Virus record (IMG/VR): IMGVR_UViG_3300048854_000113
Coordinates: 6,999-70,998 of that record
Origin: a virus
Taxonomy: Duplodnaviria; Caudoviricetes
Length of the DNA stretch: 64,000 nucleotides
Strand: one strand, 5' to 3'
Positions 28,162 through 36,917 of the stretch are shown here, one piece after another (the stretch's first letter is position 1; every line of letters begins with the position of its first letter). Made by a program: the position numbers and the translations under genes. The notes beneath the pieces were generated by a model. It did no database searches, was not told the DNA's origin, and worked only from the letters and a program-made list of their open reading frames with translations.

Positions 28162-28827
28162 TCAATGCCCCGCCAGAGCAGGGTTTGCGCGATTTCGCAC
28201 GTCGTCCAGCACGTCGGGGTCAATTTCCTCATCGTACTCGTCGATTTCCACGACGCCCTGCGCGCGAAATTTACGGTCCAAACGCGTGATCCCGAGCGTC
28301 TCGAGCGTGCGGTAGTGCTTCTTCATCCAGACCGACGCGCGGAACACAGCGTCTTTCGAGAGCTTGTACTCGTCGGCCAGATTTCGGAACGACAAACCGT
28401 CGCGCTCGTCCTCGGTCAGGAAGTGACGCGCGGTCAGTTTTAGGCACGGCGCCAACGTAGTGACCCCGCACGACCGGCGCGCGTGCAGCGCCAGGCGCCG
28501 AATTCCTTCACCCTTGTCATTGCCGATTCCGAAGCGTGCCATCAGGGCGCCGCACTCGGTAGTCGGCAGCCGATCGCGCACGGCCGCCGCGATCATGGCG
28601 CACTGCCCGCGCACTTCCATCTGGGACAGCCCGCCGAAGTTCACGGTTGTCGACGGCGCGCCGCGCAGCTGCTCAAGCCAGGCAGACTGTTTGTTTGTCA
28701 GATCCGGTGCATCCTCCATCACCTGGATAAGGAACTGCCGGAACTTGTTCTCACCCATCGCCGGGACGGACAGGATCAGGAACGACACGTGGAGCGCTTG
28801 CTCTGTGCTCTGGAAGATGGCTTTCAC
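28162..28827 (-). CDS. Late antiterminator Q-like DNA-binding protein
   Basis: Last nin-region gene before the promoter/terminator pair; C-terminal HTH-like LSFRNLADEYKLSKDAV. Confidence 0.6.
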   Translation of the reverse strand: MKAIFQSTEQALHVSFLILSVPAMGENKFRQFLIQVMEDAPDLTNKQSAWLEQLRGAPSTTVNFGGLSQMEVRGQCAMIAAAVRDRLPTTECGALMARFGIGNDKGEGIRRLALHARRSCGVTTLAPCLKLTARHFLTEDERDGLSFRNLADEYKLSKDAVFRASVWMKKHYRTLETLGITRLDRKFRAQGVVEIDEYDEEIDPDVLDDVRNRANPALAGH

Positions 28828-29075
28828 TTCGGTTCTCCATTGTCGTAAATCTCGCAGCGTCGAGTCTTCTCAATCTTCGATGTCGCTTTGCACTTGCGCT
28901 TTCGGCACGCCACTTCCGGGCCGCCTAGAGGCGATTTCATAACGTAGATGCAACCTTTGCAGGTTCCTGCCTCGCGCTCGATCAATATCTCAAGCGGATT
29001 GCGTCCGCGCTCGCGGCGGCGATCGCCGTAAGGCTCGATCTCGCGCGGGGGCGCCGGTTTCTTGAAGATAGTCAA
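28824..29075 (-). CDS. Small Cys-rich protein
   Basis: TTG start overlapping the upstream TGA; NPLEILIEREAGTCKGC...C...C. Confidence 0.55.
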   Translation of the reverse strand: MTIFKKPAPPREIEPYGDRRRERGRNPLEILIEREAGTCKGCIYVMKSPLGGPEVACRKRKCKATSKIEKTRRCEIYDNGEPK

Positions 29076-29545
29076 ACGGCCTCCCAAAGGAGCTTTTGCC
29101 CTTGGAGTTCGAGCACCGTGTCGATTCGAGGTCTGGCGGGAGTGTTCCAGTTGCCGCCGCCCCGTGACCCGACCAGGCGCCAGCCAGCCGCACGAACACT
29201 TGCACCTCCTTCGTCGGCAAGCGTGTACGTGATCAACCGGCGGTACCCCATGGCTCTCACTGCCCGCCATGCGGCACCGTAAAGAATCGAACATGCGTTG
29301 CGCGTGCCGTCCGTGCAGCAGCGACTGACCTCGAGCGTCCATCCATCATCGTTTCCACGCGCCACCGGGCGCCCAACGATCGCGACGCCGCATATCGTCG
29401 GCGCGTGGGTCGAAAGAGCCCAGATCGATTCATTGGCGACCGCGATGCTGAATTTGTGGCCCACCACCGGTGTGTGATGACGGTGATGTGCTGCTACCAC
29501 GCTGTTTGCCTCAGCTAGGCTTATCGGAACAATGGACAGACTCAT
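29072..29545 (-). CDS. XF1762 family protein
   Basis: PISLAEANSVVAAHHRHH...GHKFSI...GVAIVGRPVAR...LEVSRCCTDGTRNACSILY. Confidence 0.85.
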   Translation of the reverse strand: MSLSIVPISLAEANSVVAAHHRHHTPVVGHKFSIAVANESIWALSTHAPTICGVAIVGRPVARGNDDGWTLEVSRCCTDGTRNACSILYGAAWRAVRAMGYRRLITYTLADEGGASVRAAGWRLVGSRGGGNWNTPARPRIDTVLELQGQKLLWEAV

Positions 29546-29880
29546 CGCTGTACCACCAGCAAACCGCGCTCAACGAGCGCGATGTAAGTGAGCGCCACCA
29601 TCTCGATTTCGAAAGCGCGGCGTTCCGCCTTCGTGAAAATCCCGCCTTGGTCGAGCATCGCGTGGCAGCCGCGAATGCCAGGTCGATCCGCGCACAGTGC
29701 GGCGATCGCAGCGTCGCTTGCTTTGATCCCTCCGCCTTTGTTTTGATTTGTGTGTGCCGCTTGCGTATATCCCTGGGTCCCGCAGTGCATGCATGGCAGT
29801 TGCACGACGGCACGCCTGATGGCCTCGCTTCTGAAGGTGAGCGTTTTCGGGAACGAAACGCCAACTAGACGGGCCGTCAT
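29542..29880 (-). CDS. DUF1364/DUF968-like HNH-type zinc protein
   Basis: LPCMHCG...QAAH...GIKASD...LCA...CHAMLD. Confidence 0.75.
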   Translation of the reverse strand: MTARLVGVSFPKTLTFRSEAIRRAVVQLPCMHCGTQGYTQAAHTNQNKGGGIKASDAAIAALCADRPGIRGCHAMLDQGGIFTKAERRAFEIEMVALTYIALVERGLLVVQR

Positions 29881-30008
29881 TTGCCGATTCCTGCGCACAA
29901 CGCTGCCATTACGACGAATAGGACAACCTGCGCGTACGCAATGTAGCGATGGATCGCCGAGAGCGCTGCATAGGCGGCGAGACCGAGAAGAAACATTGAG
30001 AGGGTCAT
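29877..30008 (-). CDS. Small membrane peptide (43 aa)
   Basis: MTLSMFLLGLAAYAALSAIHRYIAYAQVVLFVVMAALCAGIGK; ATGA overlap with the downstream gene. Confidence 0.5.
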   Translation of the reverse strand: MTLSMFLLGLAAYAALSAIHRYIAYAQVVLFVVMAALCAGIGK

Positions 30009-30009
30009 C

Positions 30010-30438
30010 TCAGAAATCCCATTCGATGGCGTGGTTGTTCGCCGCCCACGCCTGCAGCGTCGTGATGTAGCGCGCCATCTCGCCGACCGTGATCTCGCCC
30101 CGCGCAACCGACCGGCGCCGACGATGAATTCGCCCGGTGCGCTGGCTTGTCGTCTCGACCATTCCGAGAAACTCGAGCGCGAGCTTCTCGTGCCAGTAGG
30201 CGACCGGCCGCAAATCGCCGTCTTCTTCCGGCACTTCGTCGGCAATGCGCTTCAGCACGTGTGCAAAATAGAAGGCGCGCTGTTCGTCCGTCGCGTCCGC
30301 CTCGGAGGAGACGACGATGATGTGCAGCGGCTTCCCACGTTCGACGGCCGGGCCCGCGTTCGGCCGCACTGCGTTCACGACGCGCTGCCAGTCGACAGCG
30401 CTGCGCAGAATAACGGAGCAAAAGACGCCCTCAGACAT
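30010..30438 (-). CDS. ninB: NinB/Orf family recombination mediator
   Basis: DATDEQRAFY...WHEKL...TVGEMARYITTLQAWAANNHAIEW. Confidence 0.7.
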   Translation of the reverse strand: MSEGVFCSVILRSAVDWQRVVNAVRPNAGPAVERGKPLHIIVVSSEADATDEQRAFYFAHVLKRIADEVPEEDGDLRPVAYWHEKLALEFLGMVETTSQRTGRIHRRRRSVARGEITVGEMARYITTLQAWAANNHAIEWDF

Positions 30439-30982
30439 CCGTCGCCTCCAATCTCTCGTAAATGAACGGTCCACGTACACCGTTCGAAAACTCCGCAGCC
30501 GCGTGCAGCGCCGTAGTCGCGCGCTGACCGAACTGTTTTCCGGTCGTGCTGTACAAAGAACCAAGCGCGATCTCTTCGCCGCAGCCGCACGCGTCAAAGT
30601 CATGTGCTATTTCGACAACTTGGTAATCGTCTTCAACGCGGAAAATCCGGCCTCGATAGCCGACTAAAAAGACGCCGCCTTTTTCGGTTTCCGATTCTCT
30701 TCGTGCGAAGCCGCCGTTTTTGAAGGTCAGGCGCACAGCATCAATAAACTTCGTCGCCATAAAACGAAAGTCCGATTCGTCGGTTCCTTGGACCGGGCAC
30801 TCGAACGAATAGGCGAGCAGTTGTCCCATCCGAAATGACGAGGTGAACCCAAAAAGAAATGGCCCGACGCGATATATCTTCCGGTCAACACGTGTTCGAA
30901 TGCTCCATCCACCTACGCCAGCAGAGTCCGCACCCATAAGTACACCGCCGGAGCCATCCTTAATAGCAACAATGCAGGTCAT
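30431..30982 (-). CDS. HslV/proteasome-beta-like Ntn hydrolase
   Basis: N-terminal (M)TCIVA, GADS, RKI, GFTSS, ACGCG...ALGSL. Confidence 0.75.
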   Translation of the reverse strand: MTCIVAIKDGSGGVLMGADSAGVGGWSIRTRVDRKIYRVGPFLFGFTSSFRMGQLLAYSFECPVQGTDESDFRFMATKFIDAVRLTFKNGGFARRESETEKGGVFLVGYRGRIFRVEDDYQVVEIAHDFDACGCGEEIALGSLYSTTGKQFGQRATTALHAAAEFSNGVRGPFIYERLEATDV

Positions 30983-31395
30983 GCTGTGTTCCTCATTGCG
31001 GCAATCTTCATGTTTGCGAGATGGAGCTTTGTCACATCGAGTCGCGAAGTGATCTGATCGCAGGTCACTACCGCGTTGCGCACGGGAGCGAGTTCAAGAT
31101 CGGTGAGCCTGAGCACCCCAGTACGGTCATAACAATCTGCGATCTGGTTCATGGCGCGCGCTCCGCTTTCGATGATCTGGAACTCGACTTCGAAACGCGC
31201 ATCGTCTTCGATGGCGATGCCGATCATGTTGAAGATCTGACCGACGGAATCGAACTGCTCACGCGTGGGCGCTACGGCGAGCGTCGCGAGAGCGGTGTGC
31301 AGCGCCAGGCCGATTTGGTCGTGCAGGCCAGCCGTCATTGGTATGCGGATGAAACGCGGGCGATGCGCATGTCGAGGTTTCGATGAGCGTCCCAT
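30979..31395 (-). CDS. Hypothetical protein
   Basis: 138 aa, translationally coupled. Confidence 0.6.
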   Translation of the reverse strand: MGRSSKPRHAHRPRFIRIPMTAGLHDQIGLALHTALATLAVAPTREQFDSVGQIFNMIGIAIEDDARFEVEFQIIESGARAMNQIADCYDRTGVLRLTDLELAPVRNAVVTCDQITSRLDVTKLHLANMKIAAMRNTA

Positions 31396-31688
31396 TAAGC
31401 GGTCACCTCGAGGTCTTTGGCGTGTTCAACATCGTCCGCGTTTGGGTCACCGCGGAGTGGCGTCAGGAAGCAGTCGCCGATACCCCAGACCGTGAACGGT
31501 GTGTAGTGTCCAAAGAACGACGGGCCTTTGGCTGAAAGCGGTTCTTCGATTTCCCAGATTTCCTTTTCGTTTGCGTGTAATACGCGAACGACCTTTCCGA
31601 GTAATTGGGCGATCACATCACGCTCAAAAACTGAGTTTGCCGGACTCACTCGGCTCACCACGGCGAGTTCATTAGGTTTGCAGTTCAT
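31395..31688 (-). CDS. Hypothetical protein
   Basis: MNCKPNELAVV...DCFLTPLRG; coupled to both neighbours. Confidence 0.65.
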   Translation of the reverse strand: MNCKPNELAVVSRVSPANSVFERDVIAQLLGKVVRVLHANEKEIWEIEEPLSAKGPSFFGHYTPFTVWGIGDCFLTPLRGDPNADDVEHAKDLEVTA

Positions 31689-32545
31689 AGATCCTCCAGG
31701 CTTTCGAATTGGCGAAGGGCGCGGCGCGCGTTGCGTAATGCAGAGATGAGTTCGGCGTTGCGTTGCGATTCGTCGGCGCGCGTAGCAAGGCTTTTCGCGG
31801 CGGCCACCAGGTCCCAGACGCTGGACTCGGCGGACAAACCAACGGCGGCAGCGAGATCGCTGTGCGCTTTGCTGATGCGCTGCTCGTCTTGCTTCGTTTG
31901 GGCGGATCGCGCCTCTCGCGCCAGCTTTAAGTGCTCGTCGGCGCGGTCAATCTCGCGCTGCGCAGCCGCATAGAGAGATGCGATTCGATGGTCTGTTTTC
32001 GCGAGGAGATCGGACACCGCGGCTGCAACAACCTCGCCGAACCGAGCGCGAACCTTTGCAAGCGCCAGATACTCGTTAAGTGTCAAGCGAGCGTGACGGT
32101 CCTGCGCTGCGCGGCGCTCATGGTCCCGCCGGCCGCCATCCATCAGCAGCTTGAGCCACGCATCACGCGGCAATTCTGGGCAGCGAACGAGTGTCGGCGC
32201 CTTCGCAACGCGCCAACCTGCTTCTGATCGTTGGATCAGCCCGCAGCCGGCCGGAATGTCCGTTTTCTTGAGCAGGTTTGCGGGCGCGGCGAAGATTACG
32301 CCGCTGGCGTATTTGAGGTAATCCGTGTACTTGCCCTTGGTCACGTCGGCGCGGAAGTCCGAAACGCTCACCTTGCACTCGTACGCGAGCGGCATGAAAC
32401 GCGAATAGCTGAACGGGATCGTGTACACGTCCGGTCGGCTTGAGCCGGCTGGGCCGAGCTGCATGTCGGTCCAAACCATCCGATCGGACAGGCCGCGAAT
32501 ATGCGACGCGAGATCCTCGGCTAGGCCGTCGTGTGTCCAATTCAT
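31685..32545 (-). CDS. MmcB-like PD-(D/E)xK nuclease with C-terminal coiled coil
   Basis: RPDV...AYECKVSVSDFRAD..KGKY. Confidence 0.7.
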   Translation of the reverse strand: MNWTHDGLAEDLASHIRGLSDRMVWTDMQLGPAGSSRPDVYTIPFSYSRFMPLAYECKVSVSDFRADVTKGKYTDYLKYASGVIFAAPANLLKKTDIPAGCGLIQRSEAGWRVAKAPTLVRCPELPRDAWLKLLMDGGRRDHERRAAQDRHARLTLNEYLALAKVRARFGEVVAAAVSDLLAKTDHRIASLYAAAQREIDRADEHLKLAREARSAQTKQDEQRISKAHSDLAAAVGLSAESSVWDLVAAAKSLATRADESQRNAELISALRNARRALRQFESLEDL

Positions 32546-33003
32546 TCAACACCCCGCGCGAATTTGCCAGCCGGCTTTGCAGGATCAAGCACGACGAAAA
32601 CGCCCCATTCATCGCGCTTTGTCGAAAGTCCGGTTTTCGAAGGATGCGGATCGTGGGCTAGCGCGCCGTCTATACCGACCGTCGCGTGCTCAACGCCGCG
32701 GTCACTCAGCCCGCTCAACTCGTGCACGACACCGAAGATGCCGTATGCCGAGAAATACGCCTGGCAATCGACGATCAGCATCGCCAGATTGAAGCCACGC
32801 AGGAAGTCATTCACGCGCTGGTGAAAGACTTGTCCATCCGGCCAACCCTCGGCGAAGTAGGGAACCTCCTCGATCGGCATTTCCAGAACTGAGGCGATGA
32901 ACGCAGTCATGCAGTTTCCGGCCTGGCCGTTTTCGAGATCGTGGAGGAGCGTTTGATCGATTGGCTTCAAAGGGTCCTCACACATCCAATGGGTCAAAGA
33001 CAC
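32542..33003 (-). CDS. Hypothetical protein, peptidase C39-like motif
   Basis: GNCMTAFIASVL...HA.VG...HDPHP. Confidence 0.45.
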   Translation of the reverse strand: MSLTHWMCEDPLKPIDQTLLHDLENGQAGNCMTAFIASVLEMPIEEVPYFAEGWPDGQVFHQRVNDFLRGFNLAMLIVDCQAYFSAYGIFGVVHELSGLSDRGVEHATVGIDGALAHDPHPSKTGLSTKRDEWGVFVVLDPAKPAGKFARGVE

Positions 33004-33487
33004 GCGTAGGCACCGCGACTGGCAACTGAAGTTCCACTTGCTGCGGCATGCGTGGTTCGATAATTAATTCGACACGAGGATTTGCCTTGTCGATACCGTG
33101 GTACACGTGCCGCTCGCGGAACTGCCGGTCGTTCACGACCACGCCCTTCTGGACGAGGATCCGTTTGGGCTTCTTTCCCGCCGCTTTCAAAACTTCCTTT
33201 TGCGCCTTCGTGAGCGATTCGGACTCGTAGCGATCTTGCAAGCAGTCGAGCACGAGACTTTCGTCCATGTCGGGACGCTCGGTCTCGTAGTACATCCACA
33301 AAGAGATACACATTTCGCCTGTCAGTTGTAGGCGGAAAATCGGCGGAATCTGCTTCAACGCGCTGCACTCGTACGCCAGTGCTTCGGGGCTCTTAATGTT
33401 GGACGGCTTATTGCCGCGCATCACTAGCTGCCGACTGTTTGCCTTCGAATACGCCTGGCCAAAAATAGTGAAAGCGATTTCCCTCAT
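32978..33487 (-). CDS. rusA: RusA-like Holliday junction resolvase
   Basis: AYSKANSR, RPDMDESLVLDCLQ, VVNDRQ, DKANPRVEL. Confidence 0.8.
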   Translation of the reverse strand: MREIAFTIFGQAYSKANSRQLVMRGNKPSNIKSPEALAYECSALKQIPPIFRLQLTGEMCISLWMYYETERPDMDESLVLDCLQDRYESESLTKAQKEVLKAAGKKPKRILVQKGVVVNDRQFRERHVYHGIDKANPRVELIIEPRMPQQVELQLPVAVPTRVFDPLDV

Positions 33488-34260
33488 GACTGGCGCAATT
33501 CCTCGTAACCGTCATCACTCAGGCCGAGCGCTTCTGCTTGCTCGCGCAACGCGGCTTTCCTCTCCCGGATGATTTGCTGGTCGTATTCCGCTTGGCGGGC
33601 CTTCGCGGCCGCCATGCGCTCGAGCGATGACGGTATTGACGCAACCTGCTCACGGATGCGTTGAAGATTCGCGCGAGCCCTGTGCTCGTCGTACTCGCTT
33701 TGCTCTTCTGGAGCAGGCAGCAGAGCGGCGACCATCGGCGCGGCGAGTTGGTTGGCAGCGGCAGCCGCGCGAAGCACCTTCTCGCGTACCTGCGCATCCC
33801 ATCCGAGCGAAGGTTGCCATGCCACTGGGCGTCCGGCGCGGCGCGCGTTACCAACGAGGCGGTTGTAAGCATCTTTGAACGCCATCCGTGCGCCGGTTTC
33901 GTCGCCAGCATCAAGCACGGTCCGGGCGATCAGAAAAGCATCGAGCGTTTCAGTGGTCCACACTACCGTCATCCGTTCATCCACCGACGTCAGCGCCACA
34001 GCCCAAGCTTCGTCAGCACCCGGACGTCCGTCGATCTGGGCGAGCTGCGCGGTGATGTGTGATGGCTGGACTGGGAATTTGCCGTTCACCGGATCCCGCA
34101 GATGCGCGAAGATCGCGCTGCGTACCGAATCAAGCGAGTGATCAGCAACAGCCGCGAAAAAAAGCGCCTTGGCCTCGGCCGAAAGAACTCTTGCTGACTG
34201 CAGCGCGTAGGCTTGATCAAGGAGCTCGGCGAACTGACGGAAATCGGTCTTAATTTGCAT
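33484..34260 (-). CDS. Replication helicase loader/P-like protein
   Basis: Follows the initiator; FPVQPSHI...RPGADEAW motif. Confidence 0.6.
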   Translation of the reverse strand: MQIKTDFRQFAELLDQAYALQSARVLSAEAKALFFAAVADHSLDSVRSAIFAHLRDPVNGKFPVQPSHITAQLAQIDGRPGADEAWAVALTSVDERMTVVWTTETLDAFLIARTVLDAGDETGARMAFKDAYNRLVGNARRAGRPVAWQPSLGWDAQVREKVLRAAAAANQLAAPMVAALLPAPEEQSEYDEHRARANLQRIREQVASIPSSLERMAAAKARQAEYDQQIIRERKAALREQAEALGLSDDGYEELRQS

Positions 34261-35230
34261 GTGTCACCTCTTCTCCAAGAAGCAGTGCTTCCGCGCGTGC
34301 GTTGGTTTCGTCGAGATCGGCCTGCGTTGGCGCGGCACTGCGGCGGACCGTCGACGGTGGCGTGATGTCGTTAGCAATGAAGCGATCGATCTGATCGGCA
34401 CTGCGGAAGATCAGATCGATGCCGTTGTATTTTTGGCCTTGATCGTTCTTGCCCATGTTGTGCGGAGTCAGGCTGCAACCGCGGATGGCGCGGCAAAGGT
34501 CGGCTGGAGAATAGTTTTTTAACGCGGCCTTGATGATCTTTCGACGTTTTGCATCGAGAGCAGAGCGCGGCGAGTTCATTCTCTTTTGCCAGTAGGCGAA
34601 GATTTCCACGACATCATCGCGGTCGTTCTTCGGCGCCGAAGGCGACGAGAGCGACAAAGGGGTTTGACTTACTTGCTGTTGCTGTTCCTGTTCCTGCTCC
34701 TGCTCCTGCTCCTGCTCCTGATTAAGGCATGTCTTTCCGATAGCCTTTTCGGAAGGCTTAGAGAAAGCCTTATCGAAAGCCTTTGCGAAACCCTCTCCGA
34801 GGGTTGATATATGGGCTTTTAGCGATTCATATGCTTCGCGCTTCAAATCACATTCGGGAATCAAATCCCACTCCGATCCCCAGGACGTGACCACGTTCGG
34901 CGACTCGGGCTTGTTGCAGGCAACAGCGTTCGGAACCCATACAACCTTGGCTTTCCAATCGGCTTTGACCATGCCTTGCGAAGAGGCTTCGCGAAAGGCT
35001 TCGTCGAAGGCTTCCAATTCCCAATCGAGTTCTTCCGCCATGGCCGCGCGACCGCTCCGAAACAGCCCCGGGATAGGGCCTGTATGGGGACCGGTCAAAA
35101 CGAATACCCATAGCCCCTGGCCGCAGGGTGGAATGGGAGAGAGGTGACGAAACTTCTCATCACCCCACATGCGGACTTCGATCTTGCGGTACCGGGCTTT
35201 CTTGTCCGGCTTTCCTGTCTCTTCTTTCAT
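34250..35230 (-). CDS. Replication initiator (O-like)
   Basis: N-terminal RYRKIEVRMWGDEKF, internal iteron-like repeats, QEQEQE linker, C-terminal EIFAYWQ...AIRGC domain. Confidence 0.8.
   Translation of the reverse strand: MKEETGKPDKKARYRKIEVRMWGDEKFRHLSPIPPCGQGLWVFVLTGPHTGPIPGLFRSGRAAMAEELDWELEAFDEAFREASSQGMVKADWKAKVVWVPNAVACNKPESPNVVTSWGSEWDLIPECDLKREAYESLKAHISTLGEGFAKAFDKAFSKPSEKAIGKTCLNQEQEQEQEQEQEQQQQVSQTPLSLSSPSAPKNDRDDVVEIFAYWQKRMNSPRSALDAKRRKIIKAALKNYSPADLCRAIRGCSLTPHNMGKNDQGQKYNGIDLIFRSADQIDRFIANDITPPSTVRRSAAPTQADLDETNARAEALLLGEEVTHAN
34686..34720. repeat. (CTGCTC/CTGTTC)n hexamer repeat coding the EQ linker
   Basis: About 6 tandem copies. Confidence 0.8.
34738..34809. repeat. 12-bp iteron-like tandem array (putative origin)
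   Basis: CGATAGCCTTTT CGGAAGGCTTAG AGAAAGCCTTAT CGAAAGCCTTTG CGAAACCCTCTC CGAGGGTTGATA. Confidence 0.6.
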
Positions 35231-35928
35231 GCGAGTAGTCCAGCCCCCTCGGTACGTGGCGTGAGAGGAATCGTTAGCGGATCAGACCAGTGTGTTGAAC
35301 TCGGTTCCTGCGGCAAGAACTCTCGAGTAACGTTCGCTTTGCTATGTACGAACAGGTGGCACGGACGACATAGCAAGACTAAAAGCGCCGGGTGTGAGCG
35401 CGTCGCACGAATCTGGAATGACCAGACGTGATGTACGTGGAAGGTCGGCGTGACGCTGCGATCCACGGCTCGCCAATCCAGCCCGCAACGCTCACAGCAG
35501 GCATTAGCGCGCTGCCACACGGCGACGCATGCGACTTTCCATTCAGCCGATCGATAGAACTCTTGGCGCTCGGGTGTGGCGCCGCCTTTCCAATTCGGGT
35601 TTTGATCAGCCGGGACGGTATGCAACCAGTGCTGGCCATTACGTAGATATGGCTTTCGGCCCTTCGATGCGACCGAAATACGCGCACGACTTTCCGCTGA
35701 ATGTTTGTTTCCAGAAAAGCTGCGCGTATCGCCGGACGTCAACCATTGCGCTGGATCGGATCCACGCGGCCGCGTGGGTATTCCGGCCTGGCGCAGCCAG
35801 TGGTGGACAGTCTTGGCATCGCGCTCATAGAGCCAACCGATGTCAGGGCAACTAAGGCCAAGATCCGTATAAAGCGATGCGAGTCGTTCGGCTCCCGGTC
35901 TCGCATAGCGCGATCGAGTGGCGCTCAT
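35227..35928 (-). CDS. HNH endonuclease with HTH/NUMOD-like modules
   Basis: CERCG...HVHHVWSF...LVLLCRPCHLFVH; HSAESRARIS; NPNWKGG. Confidence 0.85.
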   Translation of the reverse strand: MSATRSRYARPGAERLASLYTDLGLSCPDIGWLYERDAKTVHHWLRQAGIPTRPRGSDPAQWLTSGDTRSFSGNKHSAESRARISVASKGRKPYLRNGQHWLHTVPADQNPNWKGGATPERQEFYRSAEWKVACVAVWQRANACCERCGLDWRAVDRSVTPTFHVHHVWSFQIRATRSHPALLVLLCRPCHLFVHSKANVTREFLPQEPSSTHWSDPLTIPLTPRTEGAGLLA

Positions 35929-36917
35929 TCGGCCTCCGCTTCTTCTTCGACCTCGAGCAACAGCTCATCGTTTTGTTTATCGAAGCGGTATCCCTGAGCG
36001 GCGGCCTCAACGTTTTTAACGGCCTGGCGGAAGTAACTAGCTTTCAGCTCCGCACCAATGGCACGGCGGCCAAGTACGATCGGGCTGTACACCTCGCTAC
36101 CAACACCCATAAACGGTGTGAAGACTGTCTCGCCTGGATTGCTGAAAAGTTCGACGCATCGGTCGATCACATCCAATTGAAGTGGATGAACGTGCTTCTC
36201 GTCTTCGCTGTCGCGTGCTTCGCGATAGGGCAGCACCCGCTGCAGACGTATGTCGTCCCACATGCAATCTGCGTATTGCCGCCAGATCCAGTGTGAGAAG
36301 CGATTTTCGGTTTGCTTTCCTGTCCAACCGCGGTACTGCATTACCTCGGGAGGTGGCTTACGCTCGCCGGCGTATTCCAGCATTCCGACGGGATGTGCGA
36401 CCGGAACCGGATTTGCGCCGTCACGACGGAACGTCAGAAGGTAGTCGCCGGAAGCGACGCCACAATCAATCGAATCAGCAACTAGCGACGCATGGGCAAG
36501 ATTCTTTTGCATGGTGCGAAGGCGGACCGCGAGCGGCTCCTTCCAGATCATGCGACGCCCGGTATAGCGCCAGCCCTCTTGCTCGTGCAGTCGAATGATG
36601 TCGCCTGGAAAATCGATCATTGCGTCCGTACCGCTATTGCTTTTAGGTACGTCCATGCAATGCACGGCAGTGATCCGACCAGGCATCGTCACGCGCGCCA
36701 GCTGACGCACGACGAACGCGTAGTGCGCGAAGAACTCCTCGTAACTCGAGCAATTCGATAGATCGCGATCGCTGCTGCTGTAGTGGTACAGCCCACCAAA
36801 CGGCGGCGAATAGATTGACAAGTGAATGCTGGCGTCGGGCAAGCTGTTCATGACTTCCACACAATCGCCGTGATAAATCGCGTACTTATCTGTTATGACC
36901 TGATCGTTCACAGCCAC
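35925..36917 (-). CDS. DNA methyltransferase, beta class (N4-C/N6-A)
   Basis: SPPF motif IV; HVHPLQ and FTPFMGVGS motif I near the C-terminus. Confidence 0.9.
   Translation of the reverse strand: MAVNDQVITDKYAIYHGDCVEVMNSLPDASIHLSIYSPPFGGLYHYSSSDRDLSNCSSYEEFFAHYAFVVRQLARVTMPGRITAVHCMDVPKSNSGTDAMIDFPGDIIRLHEQEGWRYTGRRMIWKEPLAVRLRTMQKNLAHASLVADSIDCGVASGDYLLTFRRDGANPVPVAHPVGMLEYAGERKPPPEVMQYRGWTGKQTENRFSHWIWRQYADCMWDDIRLQRVLPYREARDSEDEKHVHPLQLDVIDRCVELFSNPGETVFTPFMGVGSEVYSPIVLGRRAIGAELKASYFRQAVKNVEAAAQGYRFDKQNDELLLEVEEEAEAE

Noticed and set aside
34686-34809. CRISPR-like array
   Set aside because: Units are 6 or 12 bp with no spacers and lie in coding sequence; no cas genes.
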